64,000 bases of DNA from Octopus sinensis (Eukaryota): NCBI RefSeq assembly GCF_006345805.1, contig NC_043000.1, forward strand, positions 145,080,001-145,144,000, in the 5' to 3' direction. Position 1 is the stretch's first letter. Each line of letters opens with the position of its first letter. Shown here in pieces: positions 38,900 to 53,924 of this stretch. The position numbers were made by a program, and so were the translations under genes. The notes beneath the pieces are model-generated. The model did not search any database. It saw nothing but the letters and a program-made list of their open reading frames with translations, and was not told the origin of the DNA.

Positions 38900-40700
38900 C
38901 ATAGATCAGAAGTTTATATGGGCCCTTAATGATACTCATTGCTTGAGGATACTGTTATGTTTTGTAGATTCTCTTTGCAAGGAAAATACGGCCTATCAAT
39001 TCCGTGAACGTCTATTGTTCATAGCCTAAAACGTTGCAAATCACCTATATGTAGTTATTTTCAAAACAGAATTGCCTCATACATCGACAAGTGGATATAA
39101 CTTCCTCATGAATTGTTTAAGGAGAAAACTGACGTTTGAAAAGTCAGGAATATCTTCTTGATTTGCATGTTGATCTGCTATTTTGGTTTTGTGAAATGAT
39201 TTGGGATAATTAAGGAAACTTCTCTCTTCACCCTAATAGAAACTATATATCATTAACATTTTATACTATTAACATTTGCATGTCTTCCAATTGCACCAAT
39301 TGCACTCTTCATATATTATACGTATGAATTCATGATCATCTGGACTTCATGAAGATACATGACTAGATGACACATGTGGGATGGCATGAAATCTTGAACT
39401 ACTAATCAGTATCATGACCAAATTCCTCCTTTATCTCATAAAATATTTGACTTCTAAATATAACTGTTGAAACAGCAGCCAAGATGATCAGAAGTTAGAT
39501 TGAACGTATACAATTTATACTTCAGTAGCAAATCGCCTATGTGTAATTTATCTTTTATTTCGTGTTGTTTTATAAATAGAGATCAAGAACTGTTGTATTT
39601 AGGATAGAATTGTAGAACTAAACATGTATTATTGTTGACGAATTCGATTTATTTTGTGCCACTATGTGATATGTTATACTAGGGAAGATATTTCCAGTCG
39701 ATTCTGTAATGCGTATTTTCCTAGCAAAGTTATAGTAGATTTTGCTTTATAATGTGACCTTATACATATTTTGTGTTCCAAGCATGTCCAAGGTGTATTT
39801 TTCTTTTATTTAGTTGATGTAATGCAACATTTAAAAAAATCCTTTTCGAGTAAGTCATTAGCTGATAATGCAGGTTCTACTTTTCTCTAAAAAGGAATCA
39901 TGTATTCTTTTACTGGCAAAACAGCATCTGACATGAGAGATCTTCGCTGTCACTTATAGCACGTCCAATAAATACGTTTAGAATATCTCCATGATCCAAT
40001 TAAAGAAACCCTGTTGAAGTTGTTCGTGCGCATAGTGAAGTCAAAATAATGTAATAATGTATGTTGCAAGTTTCCTAGTTATTCAAAGCAGGATATAGGG
40101 AATTCATGTGTATTATTGTGGTTTCCTCTGCTTTCGGTAGATTTTGATACAAAGTTACATCGAAATAGCAAATCAATTTTACGTGATATTTAAACTGAAT
40201 TCAATGAGTATTTTTATCACGGCCTGATAAAAATTGCCTAGTCTCTCGCAATCTTCAATGTTTAGCTTCCGATCAGCCCCTTTGGTTTCATGGTTTCTAC
40301 ATAATTATAAATAAGGGAGTTTTCATTGCAGAATTATAAAGTCTACCATGCTGTTTCGTTCATAAATGACCGTATTTATTTATGCAATCGTATGGAGGTT
40401 TAAAATAAGTTTTGCAAACCTTCAGCATGATTTGGATGGTGATATCTTGTGTATTACTTATTTTTCAAAATCTTTAATTTTGTGTCAATAGTAAATATAC
40501 GGCAGCTGTTATGGAATATAGAAATCAGATGGTCAATATTTTTCGGGTAGAATCGTCCCTGATTTCGGAGAAAATACATATTTATGGTGCCTTGAAAGGA
40601 AAATTACTTGCGGTTTTAGAGTCTAGATCATCTCTACCAAGAACAGTGTTCGAATTCGTATTCCTTTATTATATAAGATAAGGTAATTTGTGAGCGTCAA
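38900..40700 (-). pseudogene. Possible ancient DNA-transposase relic (Academ-like)
   Basis: Scattered minus-strand fragments (KTPLF, ERLGNFYQAVIKI, VTLYQ) reminiscent of the Academ transposase N-terminal half. Very decayed. Confidence 0.2.
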
Positions 40701-41247
40701 TGTATATTCTAAATGTACCCATTTGTGGCTTCTGAATTTTACATGTGTATGTGAGATAGAGAACGTGGTAGAGATAGAAAGAGAGAGTGATAGATTTAGA
40801 GAGCGCGAAAGAGACAGAGAGACAAAGTGTAAACATACTAAGCTACAAAGTGTCTTGAACCTTATCTGAAAGTAGTACTGTAATTATTGTAATTTTGTAA
40901 AATTCATATTTTACATTGCTGATATTTCACATTTATTCTCAAACGACTGAATATTTTGCAACATAACATGACATTTTGAAACACTTAAATTACCATGGGC
41001 GTGTACTTCTTAAATAAAAGGGTAAATCGTATTAAGCACAAAGACTTTTATGCTACAAGGTATAAACAACTCTAGAATAGCATATATTTACATACTGATA
41101 CATATAAAGCTCAGAGAATTACATGTAGAGAAGTTCATAAAAAAAACAAATCCACGTGTACGTAAGTATATATGTATGTCTCTGTGTACATGCAGTTATA
41201 AGTATACACACAAATATGCAAGCATGTACACACACATATATATGCAT

Positions 41248-41293
<46 letters not shown>

Positions 41294-41302
41294 TATATAT
41301 AT

Positions 41303-41352
<50 letters not shown>

Positions 41353-41441
41353 CACATATATACATATATGTATATATATACATATGCATATATATATACA
41401 CACAGATATATATATATACACACATATTTATATATATACAC

Positions 41442-41484
<43 letters not shown>

Positions 41485-42119
41485 AACCTACATATATACG
41501 CACATACAAAGATATATGTGTGCTTATGAGTGTTGTCTGTGTGTGTGCGTGTGTGTGTGTGTGTACGCACGCGGTCGGTCGGTCGGTCGGGTGTGTGTGT
41601 GATTGTGTACCTCTGTGTGTGTTTGTGTCTATGTACCTCTTTGTGTGTGTGTGTAATTGTGCAAATATACGTATTTTCTTAAGAGCGAGAGCGGAATAAA
41701 TGTTATGAGCAAATTTAAAACAAGTTTAAAGAAATTGTGTATACTTTATGACCGTTTGTTCGGTTGAACTGCGTAGCAACAATGTTTTACATTTTTACAG
41801 AATCGGTTATAAAACTTTATATAGAATATGTTGACTTGGACATCGTTTATTGCAGCCGCCCCTCACAGTCTCCTTTTGTTTATTTAGTCCGTTGGAACAA
41901 AATCTTGATACGTATATCACTTCGATGAATCGATTTAATGATGCTTAAATAATGGCTAGTACAGATGACTGAACAATTATCTACTCTCCTAAAGATTGTA
42001 GAGCTGAAATATCTAAAGAAAAAGGTTTCACATCATATGATGTGCATTAAAGACAGTGTAAAAGACGAACATGCCAGCGATGTTGATGATGCATCTGATA
42101 ATTACTGTAGAGATTTTGA

Positions 42120-42221
42120 TAATAATGATGATGATGAGGATGATGATGATGATGATGATGATGGTGGTGATGGTGATGATGGTTGTGATGGTGGTGATAG
42201 TGGTGATGATGGTGATGATAG

Positions 42222-42268
<47 letters not shown>

Positions 42269-42495
42269 CTGATGATGATGCTGATGACGACGATGATGAT
42301 GATGATGATGGTGGTGATGATGGTGGCGGTGATGGTGATGATGATGGTGATGATGATGATGATGATGTTGGTGATGAAGATGGTGATGATGATGGTGATG
42401 ATGATGATGGTGATGATGATGATGGTGATGGTGATGATGAGGAGGAGGAGGAGGAGGATGGTGATAGTGATGATGATGGTGATGATGATGATGAT
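42120..42495. repeat. Imperfect (GAT/GGT)n trinucleotide tract
   Basis: Direct reading. Gives poly-D, poly-M, poly-H and poly-I ORFs. Confidence 0.95.
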
Positions 42496-43501
42496 ATGCA
42501 TTGGGAAATATAATATTGGAAACTTTAATGGCAACCAAAGAGATGCTAGTGCTGAAGATGATGATCATGATGATATGTGAAGCAAAAAGAAGACTGCTAA
42601 GAGCGAATGATAAGGAGGTGGGACATTCTAATAAAGACGTCGATGGAGAAAATTGTTTGTGAAGAGTTTGTGAAGGAAATAATACTTACTCACTGTCTTA
42701 CATTGTAAAAATATCGCAGTCAAAGCACGTTCCACACCCTGCAGAAAGATGCAAAGAATGATGAAAATATTATTAAATATATTTATTTTTTATGCATGTG
42801 TATGTATGCTTATATAAATATATGTTTGCATATCTGCATATAAATTTATTTATATGTCTGTATATAAGTATATATATATGTATATGTGTGCACACATACC
42901 CATAGTCTAACTGTCAATTTCTGGAGTTTTTAAATCATATATGCGTTTACACAAATTTCAAGAATGCTTCCAGGCAGCAGGATGCTATTGCTAATTGGAA
43001 AAACTCGATAAAAGTGTTTCAGAGATATGTAAAATATTTCTCTGAACATATATGAACATATATCGAAATAATGGGTATTTAATGCCGCCAGTTTTACTTA
43101 TATTTCTTTGGCGAAACACATAGTTTTGCTACATAGAAGCAAAAACGCTCCCAAAAACACAAATATACGCCCTCCTACACACACACACAAATATATATAT
43201 ATATATTGTGTGTGTGTCTGTGTCTGTTTTTGCAAGTGTGTGTGTAAGTGCGCGTGTTGGTATATATGGTTATGTGGTGCACGAGTATCCAGAAGCTGAA
43301 TACTTTGTATGTGTAAACGCAGTTAAATTATTTCAGATGACCTATTAAGGTACGAAATTCGGATGTTCTATGCCAATAATTAAAATCTGTAAAATTGAAT
43401 CGAAATTCTAAACGTTTTATCTCTAAACCTCGTTGAAGTTTTTGTCAACTTTGGAAACTTGGATGCAAACACATATTTACAATTGTAACCACATGTTTAC
43501 G

Positions 43502-43600
<99 letters not shown>

Positions 43601-43790
43601 TGTATGTGCATGTGTATAAATATGTGTGTGTATGCATATATGTATTTATATATTCTTTATATTCTACACAATTACGCCTTAAGTTGAAAAAATTCACCCC
43701 AGAAATTATTATTTAAAAAAAATAGAAATAATTCTATCGGTTCTTTCTCCCGAACCGCTAGGTTACTGGGATATAAACACATGTATATAT

Positions 43791-43840
<50 letters not shown>

Positions 43841-43958
43841 TATCTTCATCCTCCTCCTCCTCATCATCATCATTATCATCACTATCATCACCACCATCAC
43901 CACCATCACCACCATCACAACCATCATCACCATCACCACCACCATCATCATCATATAT

Positions 43959-44004
<46 letters not shown>

Positions 44005-44649
44005 ATATATTATATATATATATATATGTATGTATATGCATATATTGCATGGAGAATTGCGGGCATGAAAAGTAATATTCTTAAGTTTATGAACCTGGAA
44101 AAGTACAGGACAAGGTATTACATCTAGAAAAGTATAGGACAAATTATTACTTCATGTAAAGTAAACTTTTTTTAGTTAAAACATTGCAGCTAAAATTAAT
44201 ATTTGAATATGAAAAATTATTTTATTATAATTTACACATAACGTCATACTAATTTAAGCAGAATTTGGCTAATTTGGCTAATACAGAACAAAATACAGAA
44301 CAAAATGACTATTTAGACAACCTTCAAAATCAGTTGAACAATTTTGTACAGTAAATTTTAAAGATGAGCAATGTAAAGAGTGATTAATTAGAAGAACTGG
44401 CATTCTTTCCTGCAATATTTTATGTAAAACGTTTCTTTTTCTTTGTCCTGTACTTTTCCAGGTTTATAAGAGTCATATATAGGAGAGATTTCTAGGATCA
44501 TCAATGACAGGTTCAAAGACACATAACAGACTAGCAGAGTAATATTTTCAATTAGTTTTATAAAACGAACAAGTTGTTGTTTACATGTACACACTTGTAT
44601 ATCATCAGATGAGTATCCTTTTTACGTTCCTAAACATTATGCAGTCAAA

Positions 44650-44860
44650 ACGCAAAACAAACTCCATCTTCTATCAGCGTGCTGTAGACTGCCACAATGG
44701 TTCTTTAGGGAGACTCAAGTTAGATATCTTATCTACACATCCCACTGATGCAATGCTGAGACAAGTCACTGAAGCTCTCTGTATACAGGAATACAAACAC
44801 ACTCTCAATCGTAAAATCGAATGTGGCAACACCCAAATTCTACTCGGAAGTACCCATCTA
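44650..44860 (+). pseudogene. Penelope-like GIY-YIG C-terminal relic
   Basis: DILSTHPTDAMLRQVTEALCIQEYKHTLNRKIECG matches the PLE endonuclease end motif R...EA..I.....LN. Confidence 0.55.
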
Positions 44861-45669
44861 TAATACCCCTTTCTCTCATTTACATGTTGAAATCCATACA
44901 TACATGTTGAGATGCATGATACGGAAATACTTATATGTAGTTATATATAGGCGTATGAGTATAAATAGATTAATATATATGTACGTACATGTAGATGTAT
45001 GTGTACTCTAGCGTGTTTGCGTATGTGTTATGTGTGTGTACGCGAGTGTGTATGTGTTGTGTGAGTATATGTGTGCATGAGTGTGTACATGCAATCACGT
45101 GTAGATATTTTTATATATTATATATATATATATGTATTTGTGTGTATGCACATATATATGTGTATGTTTATGTATAATAAAATAAAACAAAAAAAGTAAA
45201 AAGTATATAACAAATTTTTAATTTTAACCGTTGTCTGCGAAAATAGAGACATATATACGTCTAGATGGATAAGCGTATATATGTGTAAACTTTAAGATTA
45301 TGCGTATATATGTGAGTGTGTATGCGTGATTATATGATTATGTGTGGTTGTATATGTGTATAAGTAGGTTTATATTTGCATGTATGCGTTTAAGACAGTG
45401 TATGCGTTCACCGTTAGACGGTAGTTCGAGGGACACACACATATATATGTGTGTATATATATATTTTAGAAATTTCTATCGGTTTGTTTCGAGACGCATA
45501 AACTGTAATGGTTATTGACAGTTTTTGTCTTTTGTTCGACATATTTGGCATTAGATTTTTTCTTTTGCTTTTATTTTGTAAATTATTGATAAATTTAACC
45601 TTTAAAGGTATTTTTTGATATGCTGTCCATTGATAAAATATTTTGCCCGAAATTTTATCCTACATTAGT

Positions 45670-45780
<111 letters not shown>

Positions 45781-46078
45781 ATGTATATATATATATGTAT
45801 AGTCACTTACATACGTAAATACTCACATACATATATATGTACATACGTACATACATACTTATCATGAACGAACTGTTACTTTCACAGACGTAGCATGGAA
45901 TTTTGTCAGTGTACAGGTCACTGTCTGAAAGCGAAGAAGATGTTTTGGCAAATTAAATTTAAATGTTGAAGTGAATCTAATGGTGTTTGTGTATTTTAAA
46001 TTGCTTTTAAACAGTAATTGTCTTTGTTTCAGCACACGGTCTCAGAACGGTTCACCTCCTATGCAAGTAAATTTCCAT

Positions 46079-46109
<31 letters not shown>

Positions 46110-46234
46110 TCGTGTGCATGTATGTGTGTGTGTCTGTGTGTTTATACACACGTACACTTATCCACTTTTGTATATATAAATCCACTTTTACGTACGCATA
46201 CATACATGCATATTCACTTACCCAATTTTACTTC

Positions 46235-46280
<46 letters not shown>

Positions 46281-46283
<3 letters not shown>

Positions 46284-47710
46284 TTAAATCCTTAAATCCT
46301 TAAAAATGTTTTAGCCCGAAGGCCGCGGCCATGCTGGGGCACCACCGCTGAATGAGCCACACTAGTTTGTGAATCCACCTCTGATACGTGGCACTTGATC
46401 AACAAGGGAGTTCGATGCTGCTGCCCGCATCCGTGTCTCCTGTCGTGAGGTAGGTTCATCTGGGACTCCCAACAAGAAGAGATCCAGTTTAGTTTTAAAG
46501 AAACCCACATCCACACCATGTAAGTCTCTCAGGCATTTAGGGAGGATGTTGAAAAGCTGTGGTCCTCTGAAACCCAAGCTGTTGCAGTATCTGGACCTGT
46601 ATTTTGATGGTGATGTTGGAATCCTTGGCACCACGCAGCGGCGCCCGTTCTGCGGTTGGAGTAACTTGAATGCCAAAGTTTGGGATAAGACCCTCCAGGA
46701 TTTTCCAGATGTATATTACTGCATATCTCTCCCGTCCGCTCCAGGGAGAAGAGGTTTAATACCTTCAGTCTTTCCCAGTAGCTGACATTTTGCATTGAGA
46801 CGATTTTCTTTGTGTAGCTTCTCTGAGTTGCTTCGAGTTCTGCTGTTTGTTTTATATTGTGTGGTGACCAAAGTTGGGAGCAGTAGTCCAAGCGGCTGAG
46901 GACAAATATTTTCCATAGGACCATCAGTGTCTCCTTCTCTCTTGTTCTGAAAGTTCGGAGAATCCATCCAGCTAGCCGTCTGCATTTTATCACCAGATTA
47001 GCAATATGCATTTGGAAAGATGCATCATTGCTCATGTCAATGCCCAGGTCACGCACTGATTTTGACTCAGGGATTGCAATTCTTCCTGGGCCAGTGTATC
47101 CAGTCTTCACGTCATTTACCTTTGTGTGCCAGTAGCGCAGGGCCTGGAACTTACCTGCATTAAACTGCATGTTGTTGTCCTCAGCCCACCTGTATATTGT
47201 GTCCAGCTCATGTTGCAGATGCGCAATATTTTCAGGGTTCTGTATTGCGTGGGAGACCTTTGTGTCATCTGCATAGCTAGCAAGGGTGGTCATCGTAGCA
47301 ACTGAAGGCATGTCTGAAAGGGCCACTATGAACATCAGTGGCCCCAAGACAGTGCCCTGTGGGACACCGCTTGTTATTTGCGTTTCCCTGGAGGTGGCTC
47401 CATTGCTCACAACTGCCTGTTTTCTGTCTTTTAGGAAGTTGTGCAGCCACTCTCCAAGTTTCCCGCCTATGCCGAGACCACGCAGTTTGTGACAGATCAT
47501 ACCATGGTCGACTTTATCAAAGGCTTTTGCAAAGTCAAGATATATTACATCCACATTTGAGCCATTTAGTAGCTGTTTCAACACCCAGTCATAGTGTTGC
47601 AGGAGCTGTGTTAGGCAGCCTCTACCTGGTCGAAATCCATGCTGGGTGTCAGACAGTAAGTCATTTTCTTCAAGGAACATGATTAGTTTCTTACGGACTA
47701 TTCGTTCCAT
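46281..47710 (-). mobile_element. 5'-truncated CR1-group LINE (RT domain + 3' end) in (TA)n
   Basis: QHGFRPGR, YLDFAKAFDKVDH, GVPQGTVLGP, YADDTK, RDLGI, LDYCSQLWSP. Frameshift(s) near 46.7 kb. (TTTAAGGA)n tail. Confidence 0.93.
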
Positions 47711-48422
47711 ATATATATACATATATATATTTTTTTCTCTCAATGCTTATTTCTGTGTTCCTTTCTGTTGAAGACCCTAGGCTCGACTTCCTTACTTCCT
47801 GACCGGTAAACTTAATACATCGGTTTGTTGTTTACACACCCATCTTTGTATTTTGTTTTGGTTGTTTTTCTGTGTATTCCAACTATATATATATATATAT
47901 GTATGTATGTATGTAGTATGTATGTATGTATGTGTGCATGCATGTATGTATGTATTTACGACATGTGTACATATATAATTCCATACACTCGTATTTATAT
48001 ATATGGGGTAAAACATTAATTTATATATCAATTCAAATCTCAATAATAGAATTTATAATATACATCAAACTTACAAGTTATTCAAGCTATACTTTAAAGC
48101 AAATATAGTGGAGATAACTGTTTTAGAATCAAAACGAACAGCGAAACCCCTCGATACGGACGTCCCAAATATGAAACAGCGAATTAAACAATATAAACTC
48201 GCTATATCTTCATGTATATCACATTAGACATTCACTCACATACATATACATGTCGACAAATATACACCCACATCACACGTACCATTAGATATCCACACCT
48301 ACACATATACATACGCACACAAATATTCTTATACTCATACATCTCATACATACATACATACATGCATACATACATACATACATACATACATACATACATA
48401 CATACATACATACATACATACA

Positions 48423-48454
<32 letters not shown>

Positions 48455-49308
48455 CATACTCTCATGAGCCAGGACACACAACCATTTTTGTGTTGCATGA
48501 TTCCTGATGTGAAACAGTATGCGGAAAGTGATATTGTTCTATTTAGGGATGGTTATTTTTCTTTTGTCCCAAATAAACACACGCACTGACAACTGCAACA
48601 CAGGTAAGAACAACAGCAACAACAACAACTACATTTACGAACACGATGGCAGCAGTGTGGACGAACAAACAAGCACAGAGGGATACAGGAACGGTACCAA
48701 AATCTGGTGTTCTTGCTTTTTTCAGTAAGATTATTATTACTATTATTCATATTGTTGCTCTTCTTTTTGTTGTTAGTTATAATAAAAGGATTAGACTTAT
48801 GTTTGGTAATTAATTTCAAACTTAGCTATCAATTAAATTCTGTTTTCCTCCAGTCCTGTACACAAAGTATTGCTGTTAGCTAAATTGTTTTGTTTATAAC
48901 ATGTTTAATTTTTCTCCTATTTATCGAGGTTATTATGGCCCCTAAATTCGGCATTACAGAATATGAAAATTTTACAGAGGATATATTAAATATGGTATAA
49001 TATCTATGGTGCTTAGTGTAATTTAATTCAGGCATTTTAAAGAAAATTTAGATAAATGTCTTGCCTTGTGTGAGAAATGAGGGGCGAACCACACAGCATC
49101 AGGTATTCCAGGTTCAGAATTACTGGATATATTAAGATTTTCATGGGTAGATGTTTTATATTTGTCACTCCTCCATTCGGTACCTGAGCACATCGTACAT
49201 GATACAGTGTTTTAACGTATGACTTTTAGATGTGATTTTGTTCACTTATTGATAATTTAAATAAGTTTTAATAGATTTATGAAGTGTACTCTTATATATA
49301 TATATATG

Positions 49309-49367
<59 letters not shown>

Positions 49368-49376
49368 CATACATAC

Positions 49377-49407
<31 letters not shown>

Positions 49408-49512
49408 CATAGATATATATGTATATATAAATATATATATATATATAATTAATTAATAAGGGTGAGAGAATTAGATACTAATTTAATAGTATATCTATTC
49501 AACACCAACATC

Positions 49513-49608
49513 CAGATAGTTTTGGCTGAGGAGCTACAAGTGGATTTTTTTGTAAGTAAAATTACATTTAATTCATTAATAGCGAAACAATTGTCCCAAA
49601 ATAATCTG
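49513..49608 (+). ncRNA. Type I hammerhead ribozyme, copy 1
   Basis: Stem I CAGATAGTTTTGG/CCAAAATAATCTG; CTGAGGA 49526-49532; stem II GCTA/TAGC; GAAA 49584-49587; palindromic stem III CAATTG; GUC site with predicted cut after 49595. Confidence 0.85.
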
Positions 49609-49763
49609 TATTTTTGTTATTTTTTATTTGCCCTGTCCGTGTGAGCTAACAATCGTACTGACTTTCATAGGAAACATGTATTTTTGTGGTTGAAACCTTT
49701 TGGATTAACTGGTGCTAGAGTGAGCCATATAGTGACCACTCTCTTATATTTATTTATATATAT

Positions 49764-49862
<99 letters not shown>

Positions 49863-50008
49863 CATATATATATACATATATATATATACATATATATATA
49901 TATACATAGATATATATGTATATATAATATATATATATATATAATTAATTAATAAGGGTGAGAGAATTAGATACTAATTTAATAGTATATCTATTCAACA
50001 CCAACATC

Positions 50009-50104
50009 CAGATAGTTTTGGCTGAGGAGCTACAAGTGGATTTTTTTGTAAGTAAAATTACATTTAATTCATTAATAGCGAAACAATTGTCCCAAAATAA
50101 TCTG
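50009..50104 (+). ncRNA. Type I hammerhead ribozyme, copy 2
   Basis: Identical to copy 1. Predicted cut after 50091. Confidence 0.85.
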
Positions 50105-50242
50105 TATTTTTGTTATTTTTTATTTGCCCTGTCCGTGTGAGCTAACAATCGTACTGACTTTCATAGGAAACATGTATTTTTGTGGTTGAAACCTTTTGGA
50201 TTAACTGGTGCTAGAGTGAGCCATATAGTGACCACTCTCTTA

Positions 50243-50291
<49 letters not shown>

Positions 50292-52273
50292 TATATATAT
50301 ATGTATATATATACATATACATAAACACACACACACATACATATACACACACACACATACACATATATATATATATATATATATTTAACAATTAAGGATA
50401 ACTTCTTAATAAGGGATCTTAACAAGAAATTATCAGGTAGTTAGTGTGAAAACCTCATAAAAGAAAAGAATTCGAAAATAATTTTTTTCTTTTGAACAAA
50501 TTAATTATATCTATATTGTATAGAGGGCATTAATACACATAAATGCCTCACACTAAGAGGGACAAAGTAATTACTACCAAAATTGCACTAAACATACCTA
50601 AATGCAGTTCTTCAAAGCAAGACATTTAAAAAATGAATTTAGTTCTGTATCACCGTGATTTCACATTTAACTTACGTCTTATGATCCTCAGCAGAACTGA
50701 TTCTGAACACATCATAAATAAACCACCAACCTTACCTAGCGAAGACGAACAGACATCTATTCACTCCGGCCAAGCACATGGAATGTTTATAAATCATATA
50801 TTCGGTAAATGGCGAATATGAGTGATATAATCAATATAGATAAAATATATACATTATAATATAAATCCCAGCCAGGAAAACACGTGTCACCAAATTATCC
50901 TGTTTGCATTAATTTCAATTAAGGATCGGTATATCATATCACAACTTCACGTAAAATGTATTATCTGATCACTTTTGTAAGGAAAACCTTCTGCATATTG
51001 GTAGTTCTGTCTTGTGACAAACATTGTAAACTGCCCATCCATTGTTTTCTAATTATACCACCTTTTGATTTATAATGTATAGTTACTATATGCAAGAATG
51101 TGAACCGTACGAAAATGTTGAATTTCTATTTAACGTATTATAGCTAAGCGGACATTTTCAAACGCTAGTAATGTCTTATAATACAGAGTAGCAGAGTAAT
51201 ATTTTCAATTAGTTTTATAAAACGAACAAGTTGTTGTTTACATGTACACACTTGTATATCATCAGATGAGTATCCTTTTTACGTTCCTAAACATTATGCA
51301 GTCATTGAAGTTGTTAAAACTTTGCATATATAACTTTGTTTTTATAAAGCATTATTTCTTACGAAAGCATAATTAATATCATAAAGGCTCATCAGTCTGT
51401 ACTGGCTGGTTTCTAAGAAATCACCTGGAGCTTAAATTATAAATTTTTTAATTTATTAGGAATCTATTTTAGAGACAGAAAATATAAATGGACAATAAAT
51501 CAGTGCACAATTTGCAATTCAAAGAAAATGCATTAACCAGATTTACTGCTTATATAATACTTAAATAACCATCAATCACATTGTGAATACAATTGCAATA
51601 TACAAGATATTGTAAATTCCTATTGTTTAACCTAACGTAAAATCAGTATCTCTTATTTAAACCAATAATTGTGAGAATTTGCTTGCGTACACTTGGGTCA
51701 CAATAAGAGTTTCGGAGATTTCATTCAGCCAACAAATTAAATTTGCATTCATATCTGTTTTCCGGCGCATCTGTATGACTTTCATTGCTTACATTTCAAC
51801 AATTTTAATTTGAGAAACGTAAATAAATTAATCTCAAAATAGATTCATGATGAACAAAATACACAAAGTGTTAATTCCTAATTAAAATGCTATTTGACAT
51901 ACAATTGAATCGTATATCTCTGTATTATTTTATTGCTCGCTTAATGTAATTATACGACATATTTTTAGATATAGTCATTGAGAAACGAAGAAAATGAAAA
52001 GCAGAAATCTCATTTTATTTATTTACATCATAAATAAAATTAATCATATTTTAAATGCAATTATTTGTTTGAAAATTTATCCTACAATACACAATTTGTA
52101 TGCTACGGAACTGCAACAAGACGACAAATTTAAAATACATTAATTATTCGGTCAATTAAATAATATTAACTTAGGACATCTGTCTTTAGAAACATAGTCT
52201 ACTTGCACAGTTAACACCATGTAATGTGATGGAAATTCAAATCTTAATACTTATACCAATTACATGCATATGT

Positions 52274-52342
<69 letters not shown>

Positions 52343-52804
52343 TTTAAACTGAAAAGTTGCTTAAGCGTGTCTATGTAATATCCAACAGTATGCTAGCCTT
52401 TGAATGCATATCCGAACTAGGTATCTAAGTAATACAATTACTCACTTCCCAAATGATAGCGACCATGGCTTTTAAATGCCATTTACACACCTGCTTCCCA
52501 CTCACAAACGCACATATGAACCCGCACGAAAAACCACATATCAATATATGATTGCATATACTGTGTACATGTGCGAAACAAATATACTTAGGTTTCAACT
52601 AAACACCTAAATAAACGCAGCAAGGAGCCACATTGTATATTGAATTAGTAAGGAAAAGAAAAAAAGTCATAACTCTCAAGAACTACTGCAAAACATACCA
52701 TCGAAGAATGAACGGAAACACTTATTTAGGTTGTCAGAAAACAATGCTATAATTCACTTCACATACGTTCAGGAAAAAACAAAATATTATTCATATAAAG
52801 TAAA

Positions 52805-52805
52805 C

Positions 52806-52841
<36 letters not shown>

Positions 52842-52861
52842 CTGTAGTAGTAGTTGTTGTT

Positions 52862-52943
<82 letters not shown>

Positions 52944-52975
52944 CAGCCACAGCAGCAGCAGCAACAGTAGTAACA
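52805..52975. repeat. (TAG)n microsatellite
   Basis: Direct reading. Confidence 0.95.
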
Positions 52976-52989
52976 ATAATATTAAATGT

Positions 52990-53910
52990 ATCGGACTACA
53001 CCATGAAAAGTGAAGAAAAATTAAGTCATCTCTTATACATGGATGACATAAATATCTTCGGTAAGACCGAAAGGGAAATACTTGGTCTGGTTTTAACAGT
53101 GTAGGTATTCAGTAAGTATAACGGGATACGATTTGGGACTACAAATTGTGGTATGCTTATCAGAGAAAAGGAAATGTAGCGTCGTCAGTTGCGAAATGCA
53201 AGGATGTTCAGATAGTAAGATGAAGGCAAGATTCAGGTGAGGATATCTCAGAAGAAACAAATTTCTTATAGGAATTAAACTTAATGGAAAAGAACAAACA
53301 AAATGAGGGCAATGGATACATTAGCCGTTTCTTTAATGCGATATGATGCCGGTGTTGTTAGGTAGACAACGGCTGAGATTGAGGAAATGTTTAGAAAATC
53401 AATGAAAGTAATAATTAATGTCGAAAGATTACTGAAGTCGGAGAAACGTAAAATTTTGTGGGACTTTAATATATAGACGGACAAGTAGTTAGAAAATAAT
53501 ACACTTGACGATTATAGGTCAGGAAATGCGAACTTGCTTATTTATCGACCCATCACGCCTGCTTGATTATAGGATCGTAAAAAGGAGGAAGAAAAACAAA
53601 GAAAAATATACAAACGATTAAAATTTGAAATAAAAAGTATTTGAGCATGAGTACAGTAAATGTGCCCATCGTGATTCGTGCATTGGGAGTACTATACAAA
53701 GATGTAGAGAAATGGCTGATAGAGATTGAAATATAATGCCCAATATAGCTGCTACAGAAACTTTGACTCTTTAGGGCAACAAGGGTTATCAGGAGTGTTC
53801 TAAGGACCTAAAAAACTGCTGAAAACTTGTGGATACCCAAGGTAGTAATCAACTATCCGCATAACTCCTACCAAGAATAAGACCGAACCAAAGACACACC
53901 AAATAATACC
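52990..53910 (+). mobile_element. Degraded R4/Dong-like relic
   Basis: KLSHLLYMDDINIFGK and KILWDFNI.TD, plus a VPIVI..LG-type RLE tail. Confidence 0.75.
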
Positions 53911-53924
53911 AATAATAACGATCC

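Larger units (their letters stand above)
49400..50290 (+). repeat. Tandem duplication (period 496) of an HHR-containing unit embedded in (TA)n
   Basis: About 305-bp unique block 49447-49752 repeated identically at 49943-50248, separated by a TA tract. Confidence 0.93.

Noticed and set aside
41965-42580. Poly-Asp (182 aa) and antisense poly-His ORFs resembling biomineralisation or metal-binding proteins
   Set aside because: Fully explained by the (GAT/GGT)n microsatellite; no signal peptide or unique domain.
49400-50290. CRISPR-like or prokaryotic interpretation of the direct repeats
   Set aside because: Two long units separated by microsatellite, no repeat-spacer array and no cas genes; the whole window is eukaryotic in character.
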